Source: a virus
IMG/VR virus record: IMGVR_UViG_3300030107_002332
Length of the DNA: 64,000 bases
Strand: one strand, 5' to 3'
The position numbers and the translations under genes are program-made. This document shows, in pieces, positions 1 to 11,800 of the stretch (position 1 is the first letter of the stretch; each line of letters opens with the position of its first letter). Under the pieces are notes generated by a model. It was given only the letters and a program-made list of their open reading frames with translations. It had not been told where the DNA came from and made no database searches.

Positions 1-57
1 AACCTGAGTTCTCATCTCGGAACCATTTATCATGGTCCTTAACTGGAATTTGACTCA

Positions 58-3000
58 TTATACTGCGAGTGCGATTGCCCTAAGATCTTTAATGATTGGA
101 ACGTATGCTTGATTTGATGATACGAACAATATCTTAATCTGATACTGATCGAAGTTCAAACCAGAAGCTTCATATTCATAATCATAATATATCTTCCTAT
201 CTGTAGTTGCTGGTATAGTAGCACCTGTAGTTGGGAAGTAAGAGAAACCATAGGTATCAATGGAACTTGATGAACCAACAGGTCTCACCCTATATAGAAC
301 CTTAATTGTTGTGTTTGGTGGACGGTATCCCGCAAACATAAGTTTAATAGATCCAGATGGATTAGCAAGGTTTGCAACACGTGTAATGTATACAGCATCA
401 TGCTCATCACCTACTGATTTCAGTGCACTATCAGTAGCAGTTGGACTATTAATTCTATTTGTTACTAAGATAGCAGATAGTCTATCTGTATCAATAACAG
501 GTGAAATATTAGGTTCTAAACTCTTTAACTGAAGATCCATTCTGAATGACTTAGCACCACTCAATTCAGAAGATTCATTAATCTCTGAACATATAAGTGC
601 AGGAGCAGCAAATTGATTATCTTCACTTAATATAATATCACTAAAGACTCCATCATTTGCAAATGATGCTTCAGTAACTGAAGAACCATCACCAATAGAT
701 GTTCCACTAATAACATTGGCTCTTGCAGTAATCTCAGTCTGTGGAAGCAACATCCTTTCGATCTGCGGAACTAATGTCTCATATTGAATGTTTTGAGTAG
801 CAAATATATTAGAACCACCTGCTCTAATACCTAATCTTCCGATAGATGTAGTTACTAATTCATAACTATCTAACGTTGGATTCTGTATAGCAGTATGGAT
901 TTTATTAATTTCTGTTAGAGGAATACCATCAAGGTTATAGCATTTAACTACAGATTCATCTACATGAGATACTCCTGTAGTACCATTCAATCCTCTCTCA
1001 TGAACAGTAATAGTTTTATTATCATTACTAATAGCACTGTAAGACATAATTTCATTATCAATCATAATGTATCCCACATTGGTTGAACCAATAGCAACAC
1101 CATTAATAACCTTATGGAAAGCACTGGCATCATTAACAGCAATACTTGTGTCAGATGCAGAAATAGCAGCAGTTAAATACGTATCTGATACTTCAGAAAT
1201 AACTCCACTAAGAGTAACATTGTTAGATGTTGAATGCATACAATGATTACTATGAGATATCCTAATCTTCCTATTTGCAGCAGCAAATGTAGGTGTTGAT
1301 TGAGGATATGCATCTTGAATTGTTGGAGTACCACCTGCAGTGGCATCACCACTATAAGTAATCGATGCAACTGTTGCAGTTACAGAGGATAGTCCACCTG
1401 TAATTGTTTCAGAAGTTGCAGTGAAATTAGTAGAAACATACTTCAATGTTAGTGTGTTTGTACCTGAAACCCAAGTAACAACTTCAGCAGTAGGAGCAGC
1501 AGAAGTACTACCTGTAATTGTTTCACCCACTGTAAAGTCTCCAGAAGCACCTGAGACGACCATAGTAGCAAGTGTCTTAGACGATACAAGTCTGTTAGTA
1601 ATAACACCACCTGTAGCGGATCCTTGAGCGAATGTACCACTGATGTCATCAACAGTCAGTAGAGCAGCACCACCAGCACCAGTAGTAATCTTTCTAATTG
1701 TACCTTCAGCAAGTGTAGTCTTCTGATAAACTCTTGATCCAACTGTATATGTTAATGCAGTATTCATTAACAAATCAATGGATGGTACTACTGTTTCAAT
1801 AGCATCATTTCTAAGATTCAATACTCCACCGTTACCGATATCTAATTTAGCATTGTTTAAAACAACAGTAGATGTTCCTGTAGTGGTAAAGTCTGCTCTA
1901 TTAATAGCAAACTTTAAATCTTCAAACTGGTCTGCAGTCCAAGTAGATGCGTTCTGTGACTTGAATAGAACACCAGCATAAGGTTGATCAGATATAGTTC
2001 TGTCACCCGTAATATCAAGTTCTCCCATCCTTGAAATCCAAACCTGATATTCATTAGAGTCAGACAATAGAACAAAACAATGTTCAATAGACTGAGGGAT
2101 ATAAACAGGAGCTTGGAATGTAAATTTAGTTGCAACTGAACCAGTTTCAGATATCTGAATATTTGTTGGTTCTATAGTTACGTCAGAGAATGGTAATATA
2201 CTCTTTGTAGGATAACCATTTTCCATTGTTCTAATTTGCATAGAAACTGGAATGTTAGTATCCTTAGTATTAAAGTATACATCAACAGATGTCAAGAATA
2301 CTCCACCCTTCTCATCCAAAATAAAGGATTGAGCAAGAGGGTCATACCAACCAATCTGTCTTGTTTCTGTTCTTGTAGTACGAACTGTTACGGTTTCACT
2401 TACAGTATCACGTACGACTTCAGCATTTCTTACAGCAAGAATATTCTCACGTACTCTATTCAAAGTACCATTTGATTCATATTCTGCTTCAGCAGAAGAA
2501 GCAACAACTCCTCCTACACGTGAATCTACATCAGATGTAGTAAATCTTAATGTTCTTGTACCAGTTCTCCAACGAGGATTAGTATCTACTCCTGGTCTTG
2601 GTATGAAGAACGATGCTTTCATCTTACCGAATCTGTCGCTGATCAATCTACGATCTTTAACGACTGCCTTAGCACCAGAGGTTCCCTCTAGTACCTCACC
2701 TACTTGCATATTACCGTAGTATTGTCCTACTGCCTGTTTAGCAAGTGCATCAGTATCAATGTTCAAATATTCTGTAGTAGAAGCATAAGAACTTGGGAGT
2801 GTAGAATCATCATAAGGACTAAACTGATAGAAGTCATTAGGATTAGCAACCTTAAACTTCAATCCACTTGTTAATCCTGTTACGGTCTCACCAACAACAA
2901 ATGGTGTTGAGTTAGTTCTTGTATCAACTGTAGGATCTTTAATAAGTTCTATCAGTTTTGGAGAAACATAAACATCAACCTTTCTACCATCAAAGAATGT

Positions 3001-6000
3001 ATAGAATTGTGTTCTTGGTTTCAAACGTGCAATATCTACTTCTAAATTTCTGGAACGAATCCAAGGAATAACAGTACTGGAAACAACACTATCACCCATA
3101 GAAGTACGTTCAATTCTTGGGATAACACGAGTTCTAATACCACTTCTTGTTTGTATTCTATTACTTTCAATAGTTTCAACTCTGTTAATACGACGCATAC
3201 CACGACCACCCCATACCTGAGGATGAGGTGAACGTCCTCTATCTTCTTCTAACCAATGTCGGTTATGAACAGTTCTTCCACTAATAGTAGTATCAGCACT
3301 CCAAACAGTTCTCCATGCTCTCCACTGAACAGGAGCAAAACCATTTTGGTCAACATTTAATTCAGAAGCAGTTGCTTCAAAATCACCTTCAATCTGCTGT
3401 ACTCTAGCTGGTAGTCTCTCTGTATCTACCCAGTCATCAGAAGATGGTAATAATGTAACACGTCCAATATAAGTGAACACGTTAAATGGGTTTACGTTCT
3501 CTACTCTTGAAGCATAAGGTTGATCAATAACTTTCTTCTCAACATAAGGAAGAGTTATTATCGGACCTGTCTGCTGATAGTTTGTAGATAATGTTGTATT
3601 AATTTGAAGAGGAATATTAGTTGTATAGTGACCTGGACGGCACTCACCTTCTTGGAAATCTACAGAAGCAGCAAAATCTTCATGGTCTGTAGCAGACTTT
3701 CCATGATCAGAGAAGTCATCTACAATGAAACCATTCTTAAGACGATCCTTACCAGAAGAATCAAGAACTTTAGTATTAAATGTATCAGTCTCAAGCATGT
3801 TGAGTGAAGTATAATATTCAACCTGATCTAATCTACGCTCAAGTTGACCAATATCCTTCATGGTATATCTCTTATGGTCTGAACGTACTATTGCAGCATC
3901 TAACTCAGGATCAAATCCATATGGTTTATGATTAATAACAGCAAGTAGCATACCATCAACTAAATCATCTGGTTCCTGAGGAGCTTCTTCAGACTTACCT
4001 TTAATGATCTGGAATTCACCATCTGGAGTAATAAAGCATTTATCAACTCTTGGTAGATACCAATCAAAGTCAGCACGGAAACTACTATTCAACTTAGGAA
4101 TATCAAAGATAGTAGCAATAGGACTTCCACCTGTAGTGAATACTCTTGATTTGAAATCAAATGTAGAACAGTTTACATAACCAGGAGATGCTACTGTACC
4201 AGTTCCACTAAAGAGATTCTTAGCACCTGGACGGAAATCTAAGTAATCTGCTAAGAACTTGAATTGATAGAAAGGAATATCTGCATATGGAGTATCTAAG
4301 TATGACTGACCACCAAAGTAATCACCAGTTGCAGAGTGTGTATAATAATCGAGAACAATTTTTAACTTTCTAATAGGAGTTGAAACACCTTTCTTACGAA
4401 CAATCTTAGATATGTCATACATGAATCCAGTTTGTCCAACTTCAAGGAAATAATTATCAGTTACAACCTTAGAACCTGCGACAATAGATCCTGCACTATC
4501 ATTGATGATTGCTGAAATTGCTGTACCACTACTATTAACACCAGTAATACTTTCACCAGCAACAAAACTACCTTCAATATAAACCAAACTTAATGTTAAA
4601 CTACCTGAAGCAAAGTCAACAACTTTTGCTCTTGCTTTAGATGTTTTACCTGTAACAATACTTCCTGTTGCAAAGAATGTAGGTTCTACAAGAACTACAG
4701 AAGGAATAACAGGATCATTATTATCATTAGATTCATATACAGCATGAAGTCTATAAGCATCAACAAGTCCTAATGAAAGATCTCTATCCTGAATTCTTGT
4801 ACCATAAAGATTAGAATATGTTAAACCATAATTCTGTTTGTCAAGATCTGCAGTAGTTTTATTAACTTTAAGAACAACCATCTGCTGACCAGATTTAGTC
4901 TTTCTTGCAGTAACGTTCTTAGAAATTGTTGCTGTTACTTTAATAGATGTTATATTTGTTAGATTTACAATCTGAATAGTAGTTCTATCAGCAGAAGTAA
5001 ATGTTGTATAACCTACGTTACCACTATTTGTAGTATCAATTAATATCTGATCACCTACAGGATGAGTAGAGTTTGTACCTGCAAGAACTGTAAATGTATA
5101 ATTTTCATCTGTAATAGATTCAAACTGTTCATTTGCTGGTAGAGTAATAGATACTGAATTTGATGCTACAGTCTGAGCATCGAATGTTCTTCTAACAACA
5201 GATGATTCATCAGAGATACTCTTAATATACTTCTTAGGCATTTCACTAAGAAGATCAGCATTCTGAACATCATTTAATTTTCCTCTATATCTAACAAGTG
5301 TTGTATAAGTACCTGCTGAAGGAGCAGCTGCACCAGCACCAGGAGTTACATTAACTGTTTGATTTAGATAATTGAATATAGCAGGTATACCAGTACCAGC
5401 AAGGTTTGATATAGTTACATAATCAACATCAACATACTGAGTTGCATTAAAGTAAATTCTATCACCAGGACGTAAGTCAAGTGCAAAGTTAGAGTTTAAA
5501 CCCGTAATCTTTTCAGAACCACCAGTAGCATCATAGGTGAATGTATCACCTTCTAATCTAATAATATCTTCTAATATAAGGTCAGCAGTAAATTCTGTAG
5601 CAGAAGTACTTTCATCTTTAGCAACAAACTGACGAGTATCAGAATACTTATACTCATGGAAATTAGCAATAGTATCTAAATTCTGCCCATCAAGAGTAAG
5701 CATTTCACCCTTTTCAAATGTTCCTTCTACTTGATAAAGAAGTAAATCTGTAGAGTTTGTAGTAGCATTAACAATATATCCTCTAGCTCCAGTATTAGCA
5801 CCAACTAATAATGAACCCTGTGAAATAGTCTCTGTACTTGATAGAGTCATCACAGTGAACATTTGAACATCAAAGATGTTTAATTTATATTGATCGTCTG
5901 CAGTACCAAACGTAGTGTCTGGATCTGCCATATGTTCAAATGCAGCAGTACGAGCATATCCTATAAGTTGTCCCTGTGCATCACCAGCAGTTACACTAAA

Positions 6001-7275
6001 GTTATCACGTAATTCTAAAGTCTGATATGAATTAGCAACAGTAGATCCAGATAGGTTTAAGAAACCATATACGTTACTAACTTTAGACCAATTACCCATT
6101 TCAAATGGGATAATAACGTTCTGTGCTGACTTTGTATCTCTTGGTTTTGCTAAGTCAACATAAGTTGGTGATAATGTTTTAACTCTATATCCTTTAACAT
6201 ATGCTGCACCTGCTCCAAATTCTACTGCATACTTAGTTTCCGAAGCTGTATCGCCCTGTGCTGTAGTACCACCAATATCATAAACACCATTGTTAAACCC
6301 ATCATCAAGGTTCTCTCTAAGGTTGATAGCAAAGTCTTTTACAACATAATCACCAGACTCTTCATAAGTTCTGATAGCAAGAGACTTTTCTAACTCATCA
6401 TATGCACTACGATCTAAAAGTTTCTCAACTTTACTTGCGTTAATTCTTAATAGCTCAATGAAGTTCTTATCAGCATCATCTGTAAGAAGTTTCTTAATAA
6501 GCTTGGTTGTTATTCTGAACCTGTGAGAACCAGGAGCAGCATAATTAGATGTTCCTGCAGCGTTATCATTGAGGCTAAGGTCATCTTCTGGGGTAATGAT
6601 GGATTCTTGTATGTCAAGTCCAACTCTATAGGAGGGGTTACTTCCATATTGATCAAGGAGAATATATTGATAAGGTACGTCTACAAAGAAACCTCTGATA
6701 TAGTATACACCAGTTTGCACGTATGCAACAGATCCAATTTGTAGAGCTGCGGTTGGAAGAAGTTGAGCAAATGGAGACCCAATTTCAATCAGTGTAGTAC
6801 CAAACGTAATGGCAGACGTGGTAACTAACTGTTCATTATTTGAAAATGTCTTTTGAGTATTTGCTGTACCACCAGACTCAGTATACTTAACATAAAGGGT
6901 AATATAACCTTTCTCTGAATCGGTAGATGAAATACTATATAATACTTTTGCTTTAACTCCTGAAGTCAAACCAGTAATAATTTTACCAGTTAACTGAGAA
7001 CGATACAATTCAATATCAGCACCCAAGAATGACTCTTGAAGCATGATACAATCAACGTTCAGGTCATATCCTATCTGACCAGGAATAACCATCGCACCAT
7101 CTTTAAATAAGTGCGAACCAATATTTTCAACCTGATTCTGTTGAATCGATTGTAGTGTTGTAAGTTCCCTTGCCTGTATCGGGAAGCCAGGTCTAAAAAG
7201 TACTCGATAAAAGTTCTTACTCTTATCAAAGTCGTCGTAATACGGGGTTACATTTAAGTTAGTATTTTGTGCCAT
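58..7275 (-). CDS. VrlC-like (DUF4815) large virion/baseplate-associated structural protein, 2405 aa
   Basis: N-terminus MAQNTNLNVTPYYDDFD..KNFYRVLFRPGFPIQARELTTLQS is typical of this family; WYDPLAQSF and LFKSQNASTW motifs; lies directly after gp8 as in T4-like cyanophages. Confidence 0.8.
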   Translation of the reverse strand: MAQNTNLNVTPYYDDFDKSKNFYRVLFRPGFPIQARELTTLQSIQQNQVENIGSHLFKDGAMVIPGQIGYDLNVDCIMLQESFLGADIELYRSQLTGKIITGLTSGVKAKVLYSISSTDSEKGYITLYVKYTESGGTANTQKTFSNNEQLVTTSAITFGTTLIEIGSPFAQLLPTAALQIGSVAYVQTGVYYIRGFFVDVPYQYILLDQYGSNPSYRVGLDIQESIITPEDDLSLNDNAAGTSNYAAPGSHRFRITTKLIKKLLTDDADKNFIELLRINASKVEKLLDRSAYDELEKSLAIRTYEESGDYVVKDFAINLRENLDDGFNNGVYDIGGTTAQGDTASETKYAVEFGAGAAYVKGYRVKTLSPTYVDLAKPRDTKSAQNVIIPFEMGNWSKVSNVYGFLNLSGSTVANSYQTLELRDNFSVTAGDAQGQLIGYARTAAFEHMADPDTTFGTADDQYKLNIFDVQMFTVMTLSSTETISQGSLLVGANTGARGYIVNATTNSTDLLLYQVEGTFEKGEMLTLDGQNLDTIANFHEYKYSDTRQFVAKDESTSATEFTADLILEDIIRLEGDTFTYDATGGSEKITGLNSNFALDLRPGDRIYFNATQYVDVDYVTISNLAGTGIPAIFNYLNQTVNVTPGAGAAAPSAGTYTTLVRYRGKLNDVQNADLLSEMPKKYIKSISDESSVVRRTFDAQTVASNSVSITLPANEQFESITDENYTFTVLAGTNSTHPVGDQILIDTTNSGNVGYTTFTSADRTTIQIVNLTNITSIKVTATISKNVTARKTKSGQQMVVLKVNKTTADLDKQNYGLTYSNLYGTRIQDRDLSLGLVDAYRLHAVYESNDNNDPVIPSVVLVEPTFFATGSIVTGKTSKARAKVVDFASGSLTLSLVYIEGSFVAGESITGVNSSGTAISAIINDSAGSIVAGSKVVTDNYFLEVGQTGFMYDISKIVRKKGVSTPIRKLKIVLDYYTHSATGDYFGGQSYLDTPYADIPFYQFKFLADYLDFRPGAKNLFSGTGTVASPGYVNCSTFDFKSRVFTTGGSPIATIFDIPKLNSSFRADFDWYLPRVDKCFITPDGEFQIIKGKSEEAPQEPDDLVDGMLLAVINHKPYGFDPELDAAIVRSDHKRYTMKDIGQLERRLDQVEYYTSLNMLETDTFNTKVLDSSGKDRLKNGFIVDDFSDHGKSATDHEDFAASVDFQEGECRPGHYTTNIPLQINTTLSTNYQQTGPIITLPYVEKKVIDQPYASRVENVNPFNVFTYIGRVTLLPSSDDWVDTERLPARVQQIEGDFEATASELNVDQNGFAPVQWRAWRTVWSADTTISGRTVHNRHWLEEDRGRSPHPQVWGGRGMRRINRVETIESNRIQTRSGIRTRVIPRIERTSMGDSVVSSTVIPWIRSRNLEVDIARLKPRTQFYTFFDGRKVDVYVSPKLIELIKDPTVDTRTNSTPFVVGETVTGLTSGLKFKVANPNDFYQFSPYDDSTLPSSYASTTEYLNIDTDALAKQAVGQYYGNMQVGEVLEGTSGAKAVVKDRRLISDRFGKMKASFFIPRPGVDTNPRWRTGTRTLRFTTSDVDSRVGGVVASSAEAEYESNGTLNRVRENILAVRNAEVVRDTVSETVTVRTTRTETRQIGWYDPLAQSFILDEKGGVFLTSVDVYFNTKDTNIPVSMQIRTMENGYPTKSILPFSDVTIEPTNIQISETGSVATKFTFQAPVYIPQSIEHCFVLLSDSNEYQVWISRMGELDITGDRTISDQPYAGVLFKSQNASTWTADQFEDLKFAINRADFTTTGTSTVVLNNAKLDIGNGGVLNLRNDAIETVVPSIDLLMNTALTYTVGSRVYQKTTLAEGTIRKITTGAGGAALLTVDDISGTFAQGSATGGVITNRLVSSKTLATMVVSGASGDFTVGETITGSTSAAPTAEVVTWVSGTNTLTLKYVSTNFTATSETITGGLSSVTATVASITYSGDATAGGTPTIQDAYPQSTPTFAAANRKIRISHSNHCMHSTSNNVTLSGVISEVSDTYLTAAISASDTSIAVNDASAFHKVINGVAIGSTNVGYIMIDNEIMSYSAISNDNKTITVHERGLNGTTGVSHVDESVVKCYNLDGIPLTEINKIHTAIQNPTLDSYELVTTSIGRLGIRAGGSNIFATQNIQYETLVPQIERMLLPQTEITARANVISGTSIGDGSSVTEASFANDGVFSDIILSEDNQFAAPALICSEINESSELSGAKSFRMDLQLKSLEPNISPVIDTDRLSAILVTNRINSPTATDSALKSVGDEHDAVYITRVANLANPSGSIKLMFAGYRPPNTTIKVLYRVRPVGSSSSIDTYGFSYFPTTGATIPATTDRKIYYDYEYEASGLNFDQYQIKILFVSSNQAYVPIIKDLRAIALAV

Positions 7276-7279
7276 TCGT

Positions 7280-8812
7280 TTAGAACTCGATTACGATTTT
7301 AATGTCTTCTACTTGGTCGTTTGCACGACTAATGGATCTCCTATTATCTATGTAAACAACCTGACCGCTATTTGATTCGATCTCAGGTTTTGCATATCCA
7401 TTATTAAATTTCATACCCAAGTCATACTCTGTGTTGTTAATAGTTCTTGAAGAAGAATTAGGAACAGCAGGGAAGTTAACATCAGGAGCACCAGCAGCAC
7501 CAGAAGTAGCACCACTAATAACATTAGAACCATCGAATTCATTCTGTGTACCAGTAACTTCAGGGAAGATACCGTCTACAGCATTCTGATAGTATTTCAA
7601 AAGCTTTGTAGTTGCGTTCCATGATATAACACGAGCACGAGCAGTAACGTTAGTACCACCAACAACTCTTGTTTGTGTTATGATTTCATCAGGAACATAG
7701 TTACCTTGGAAGGTAGGAGCAAATATAACTGCCTTACAAGCAGAAACTGTTAGGTCTGATATAAGTTCAGCAGTACCATACTTAAGTGGGTTTGTAATTA
7801 ACCCAATTCTTCTGTAGTCATTATCTACAGGGAAGTCACCTGCACCCTCATCATATGAGAGTTTAGCATTAATCATTGTTCGGAAAGCACCGACTTCAAC
7901 AACTGAATCATATCCATGTCCATTTGGAGGAGGAATGATTACATCAACTTGTCCACCAGTACCAGTACCGATACCAGTTATGTTGTCTACACTGATTTTA
8001 CCGAATGTATATCCAGTACCACCAGATGTTACAGTTGCAGAGATGATTTTACCACCATCAACGACAATACTAACGCGACCTCCAGTACCATCACCATTAA
8101 TAGCGACGTTATCGTACGTTCCATTGTTGTATCCTGCTCCAGCAGCGTTAATTACTACAGTATCAACTTCTCCAGAAACAGCATTCGTCTTTACGGCTGC
8201 GTTAGTGAAGACGGGCATATAATCATTAGAGAAGAATTTAAGGACGGAAGCAACGGGGATGGTGTACATATACTTCCAACGATATCCATCACCAGTAGTG
8301 ACAATGGAAGTAGAAGTACCAGTAGGCTCAACTGTAGAAGGTTTACCATTAGGATCAGACGGTGAAGTGCCATTATAGATGCACTTATATACCTGATACT
8401 GAGAGTTTACAACATAAAAGTCAGAGTCATATAGTTTAGTAGCACCTGAGGCAGCAGTTTTACTTGGAGAATAGTCATGACGATACATGTCATAGGTGAA
8501 ACCTAATCCACCAGTAGTTTGTTCTGGGGAAACCCAGTCAATTCTACGAACAACCTGTACGGTATCAGAAGCAAGGACTCTCTTCAAAGATACCATATCA
8601 TCATAAGAACCCGAAAATTCGGAGAATGAATCTACTGCCTGTGGAGGCGAGTTTTCATTATCCCAAGATTGCGGTCTTCCGATAAACAGATACACCCTAT
8701 CACGATTGGCACCAGCAGCCGTATCGGATTGAGTCGCATCTGGACCTTCAAGTGCCTTAATGAATTTTTGCGCTGAAAAAATTCTAAATTGATCTGTTAA
8801 TAGAGCTGCCAT
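7280..8812 (-). CDS. gp8: baseplate wedge subunit gp8
   Basis: YLFIGRPQSWDNEN, VVRRIDW, FYVVNSQYQVYKCIYNG, DGYRWKYMYTI and terminal YIDNRRSISRANDQVEDIKIVIEF match T4-like gp8. Confidence 0.88.
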   Translation of the reverse strand: MAALLTDQFRIFSAQKFIKALEGPDATQSDTAAGANRDRVYLFIGRPQSWDNENSPPQAVDSFSEFSGSYDDMVSLKRVLASDTVQVVRRIDWVSPEQTTGGLGFTYDMYRHDYSPSKTAASGATKLYDSDFYVVNSQYQVYKCIYNGTSPSDPNGKPSTVEPTGTSTSIVTTGDGYRWKYMYTIPVASVLKFFSNDYMPVFTNAAVKTNAVSGEVDTVVINAAGAGYNNGTYDNVAINGDGTGGRVSIVVDGGKIISATVTSGGTGYTFGKISVDNITGIGTGTGGQVDVIIPPPNGHGYDSVVEVGAFRTMINAKLSYDEGAGDFPVDNDYRRIGLITNPLKYGTAELISDLTVSACKAVIFAPTFQGNYVPDEIITQTRVVGGTNVTARARVISWNATTKLLKYYQNAVDGIFPEVTGTQNEFDGSNVISGATSGAAGAPDVNFPAVPNSSSRTINNTEYDLGMKFNNGYAKPEIESNSGQVVYIDNRRSISRANDQVEDIKIVIEF

Positions 8813-8838
8813 GTCCTAGTGACTATTGTCCTCTTGTT

Positions 8839-8846
8839 TATTTATG
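8839..8846 (-). promoter_or_regulatory. T4-type late promoter, near-consensus (CATAAATA)
   Basis: plus strand tatttatg, 27 nt upstream of the gp8 start; T4 gp55 late consensus is TATAAATA. Confidence 0.5.
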
Positions 8847-8850
8847 ATGG

Positions 8851-11800
8851 TTACGAACGAACAGTTGTCTGATATTCAATTCGTTTGATTCTATATGATG
8901 CTCCAGCATTACCATTAATCTTTTCTCCACCCAAAACTGCTTGTGCTATAGCACCATTTGGAGTTGAAGCAAACTTACCATCAGAGATATTATTAGATGC
9001 ATCTGTGAAAAGAATGAATGGATGGGTCTTGTATGAGTTATCGATTGATTGCGTATACCCATACCCACCATTAATAATATTGATAGAAGCAACTTGGTCT
9101 GCTGCAGTTGTCATATTGACGGTTGCAGTTGCTTGTATATCTCCTAATGCACCACCCCAGTTAATAGTCTCACTATTTCTACTTTCGGTAGCAGGAGAAG
9201 TCGGACCCTGAATCTCTAATAATGGAGTAGCACTATAGTTCTGTCCAGCATCCTGAATAACAAAGTCAATGATTGATGAATCATGAGAGAATTCATAAAG
9301 ATAACCAGCAATACCAACATTAATATTGCCTGTATTATATGGAACAATATCCTTAAGTGTAAGAATACCATTTGAAGGATCCCATGATACACATGTTCCT
9401 CTAACTCCAGAAATAGCACCAGTTACTAGTTCATCAACACCGAAGTTCTGACCATTATTGTCTGTACTCAATTCAACATATATCTTAACAAGTGCTGTAT
9501 GGTCTACACCATCACTTAGACCACCTGCACCTGTAATAGTTGCATACTTAAATGGTATATCTGCGTCTTTAATATTGTCTCCAACTTGGAAGAGAGTAGT
9601 ATTTTGACCACCAAGGGTTTCTTCAATACCATATAATGATGTATGAATACCACCATCAAGACTAATTTGATTGAGGAAATCTGTACCTGTATTTACCAGA
9701 TCAGGAATACCATCTCCAACTGGTGGACCTGCAGGTATAAGATCTTGGAATGCTTTATCTTGTAAAGTTGAAATAGGAACTGTTAAAGTTGTAATTACAC
9801 TTCCAGTAGAATCAACAACTACGTGAGGATTAAATCCTGATGGAGCACTATCTGCAACACCAGCATCAAATTGTACAATAGCATCCTCAGTAGAAGGAAG
9901 ACCACCATCAATAAATGCTAATTCATCAATTTCAAATGTAACTAATAGTGCTCTTGAAACTGGATCCCAATCATATACTTTAGCAACTTTATTACTAGAG
10001 TTTTCAACCTTTCTAATAACTCTGTCACCAACATTAAACTTATAATTTGAACTACCATCTGCATTATTCTGTCCAGCATCAAGAACAATACGCTGATCAT
10101 AGTTAAAGTTTACACCTCTTGTTAAACCTGAGAACTTACCAGCAGATTTAGAAGTATAAGAAATAGTTTCTGTATCTACAATAATCTTACCTGAACCTGG
10201 ATATGCGTCTGTAGAATCAACAAACACATCTGAATCAGATGCACCAAGTTTTTTAACTAATCCAGTTAAGTAGATTGCAGAAGAGTTAAATGCCTGTCTT
10301 GCTCTTGACTTACGCTTAAGATTAACAAGTTTAGTGAATATTATATTTGGTGAAGATGTATATCCAGTACCAGGTTCAATAACATTAATACCAGTTATAG
10401 CACCTTGACTAATAGTTGCCTCTGCCTTAGCACCTAATCCTCCTCCACCAGTAATTAAAATATATGGTGCCTCTTGATAGTATTCACCAGAATTTACAAC
10501 ACTAATTGATGTAACCTTACCAAGTTTATCAATAGTAGCTGCACCTTCAGCACCTTGTCCACCACCACCTTCAAATATAAGAGTTGGTGGAGTTGCATAA
10601 TCTCTACCAGTATTGTTTAGTGATAAACCAGTAACTGTTTGTACAACTGGACTACCAGTTGCACCAGTTCCACCACCACCTAAAATTCTTGCAGTAGCAG
10701 CACCAAAATAATTATCACCCTTTTGGGTCATCTTAATATAAGAAAGTTGACCAGGATTATCTGTACTTAATACAATCTCACCCTCAGCACCTTCTGGGAA
10801 TACTGATGGCATTTGTGGTACTGAACTGCCTTCAAATATAGGAGCACCATAGAATTTTAAACCAATAGCATAAGGATATACAGGATTACCTGAACCATCC
10901 TCTGTCATAAAGTAAGCATAAGTTCCATTTGGATACTCAGGAGTTACAGCAAACTTACCATTATACTCATCAAGAGTACCAACACCAGAAGCCCAAATAT
11001 AATCTTGTGTTAAATCTCCAAGAATATAACCACCCTGAACAGTTCTTAATCCTAAATTAGATGTTGAATATCCAAAAACATATAGAGCAGGAGGAGCATC
11101 TACAGGAACTGTCCACCTCATCTCTCTGGTAGTTGCCAACTGGAAACCACTTATATAATTTGTATATGTTACTTCAGAACCATTAATATAATACTTAATT
11201 CCTTGACCTGTATAAAGATATGATGTATCTCCTAAATCGCTTGGATTACCAGTAGAGTGCCAACCATTTTCTGTAGTAGAGAGTAATAGATGGTTTACAC
11301 TTGGTTGATCATCATTACTTGAATCATTCTGTTGGAAGACATAAGTCTTTCCTCGTTTAAAATCTAAGAAGTTTGGTCTTGCACCATCAAATAAGAATTG
11401 TCCACCTGATACTGTAACAGCATAAGTGACTGTTGTTGCAGTAGTTACTTCAGGACGAGCACCTGGAAGTTCTGCAGTAGTTCTTAATCTATATCCAGAT
11501 ACCTCTCTAGCAACAGTACCAGAAGAATTATATCCCCAAGGTCCATAAATTGGATATCCATCATAGGACATACCCAATATCTTAGAGTGACCATCTACAT
11601 GCCTTCCATAATCAGGACCAGTAGCAAAGAAGTTTCTAACATAATAATCATTAGCTGGTGTATGAGACTCAACAGTAGGATCCAGAATCATATAACCTTC
11701 ATCACCTTCATGCCCAGACATATATCGATGATTTTTACAATAATAATAAATTTTATTAGTCTCATCCGCATTCATTAAGAATAGCGGTTGTAACTCAGTT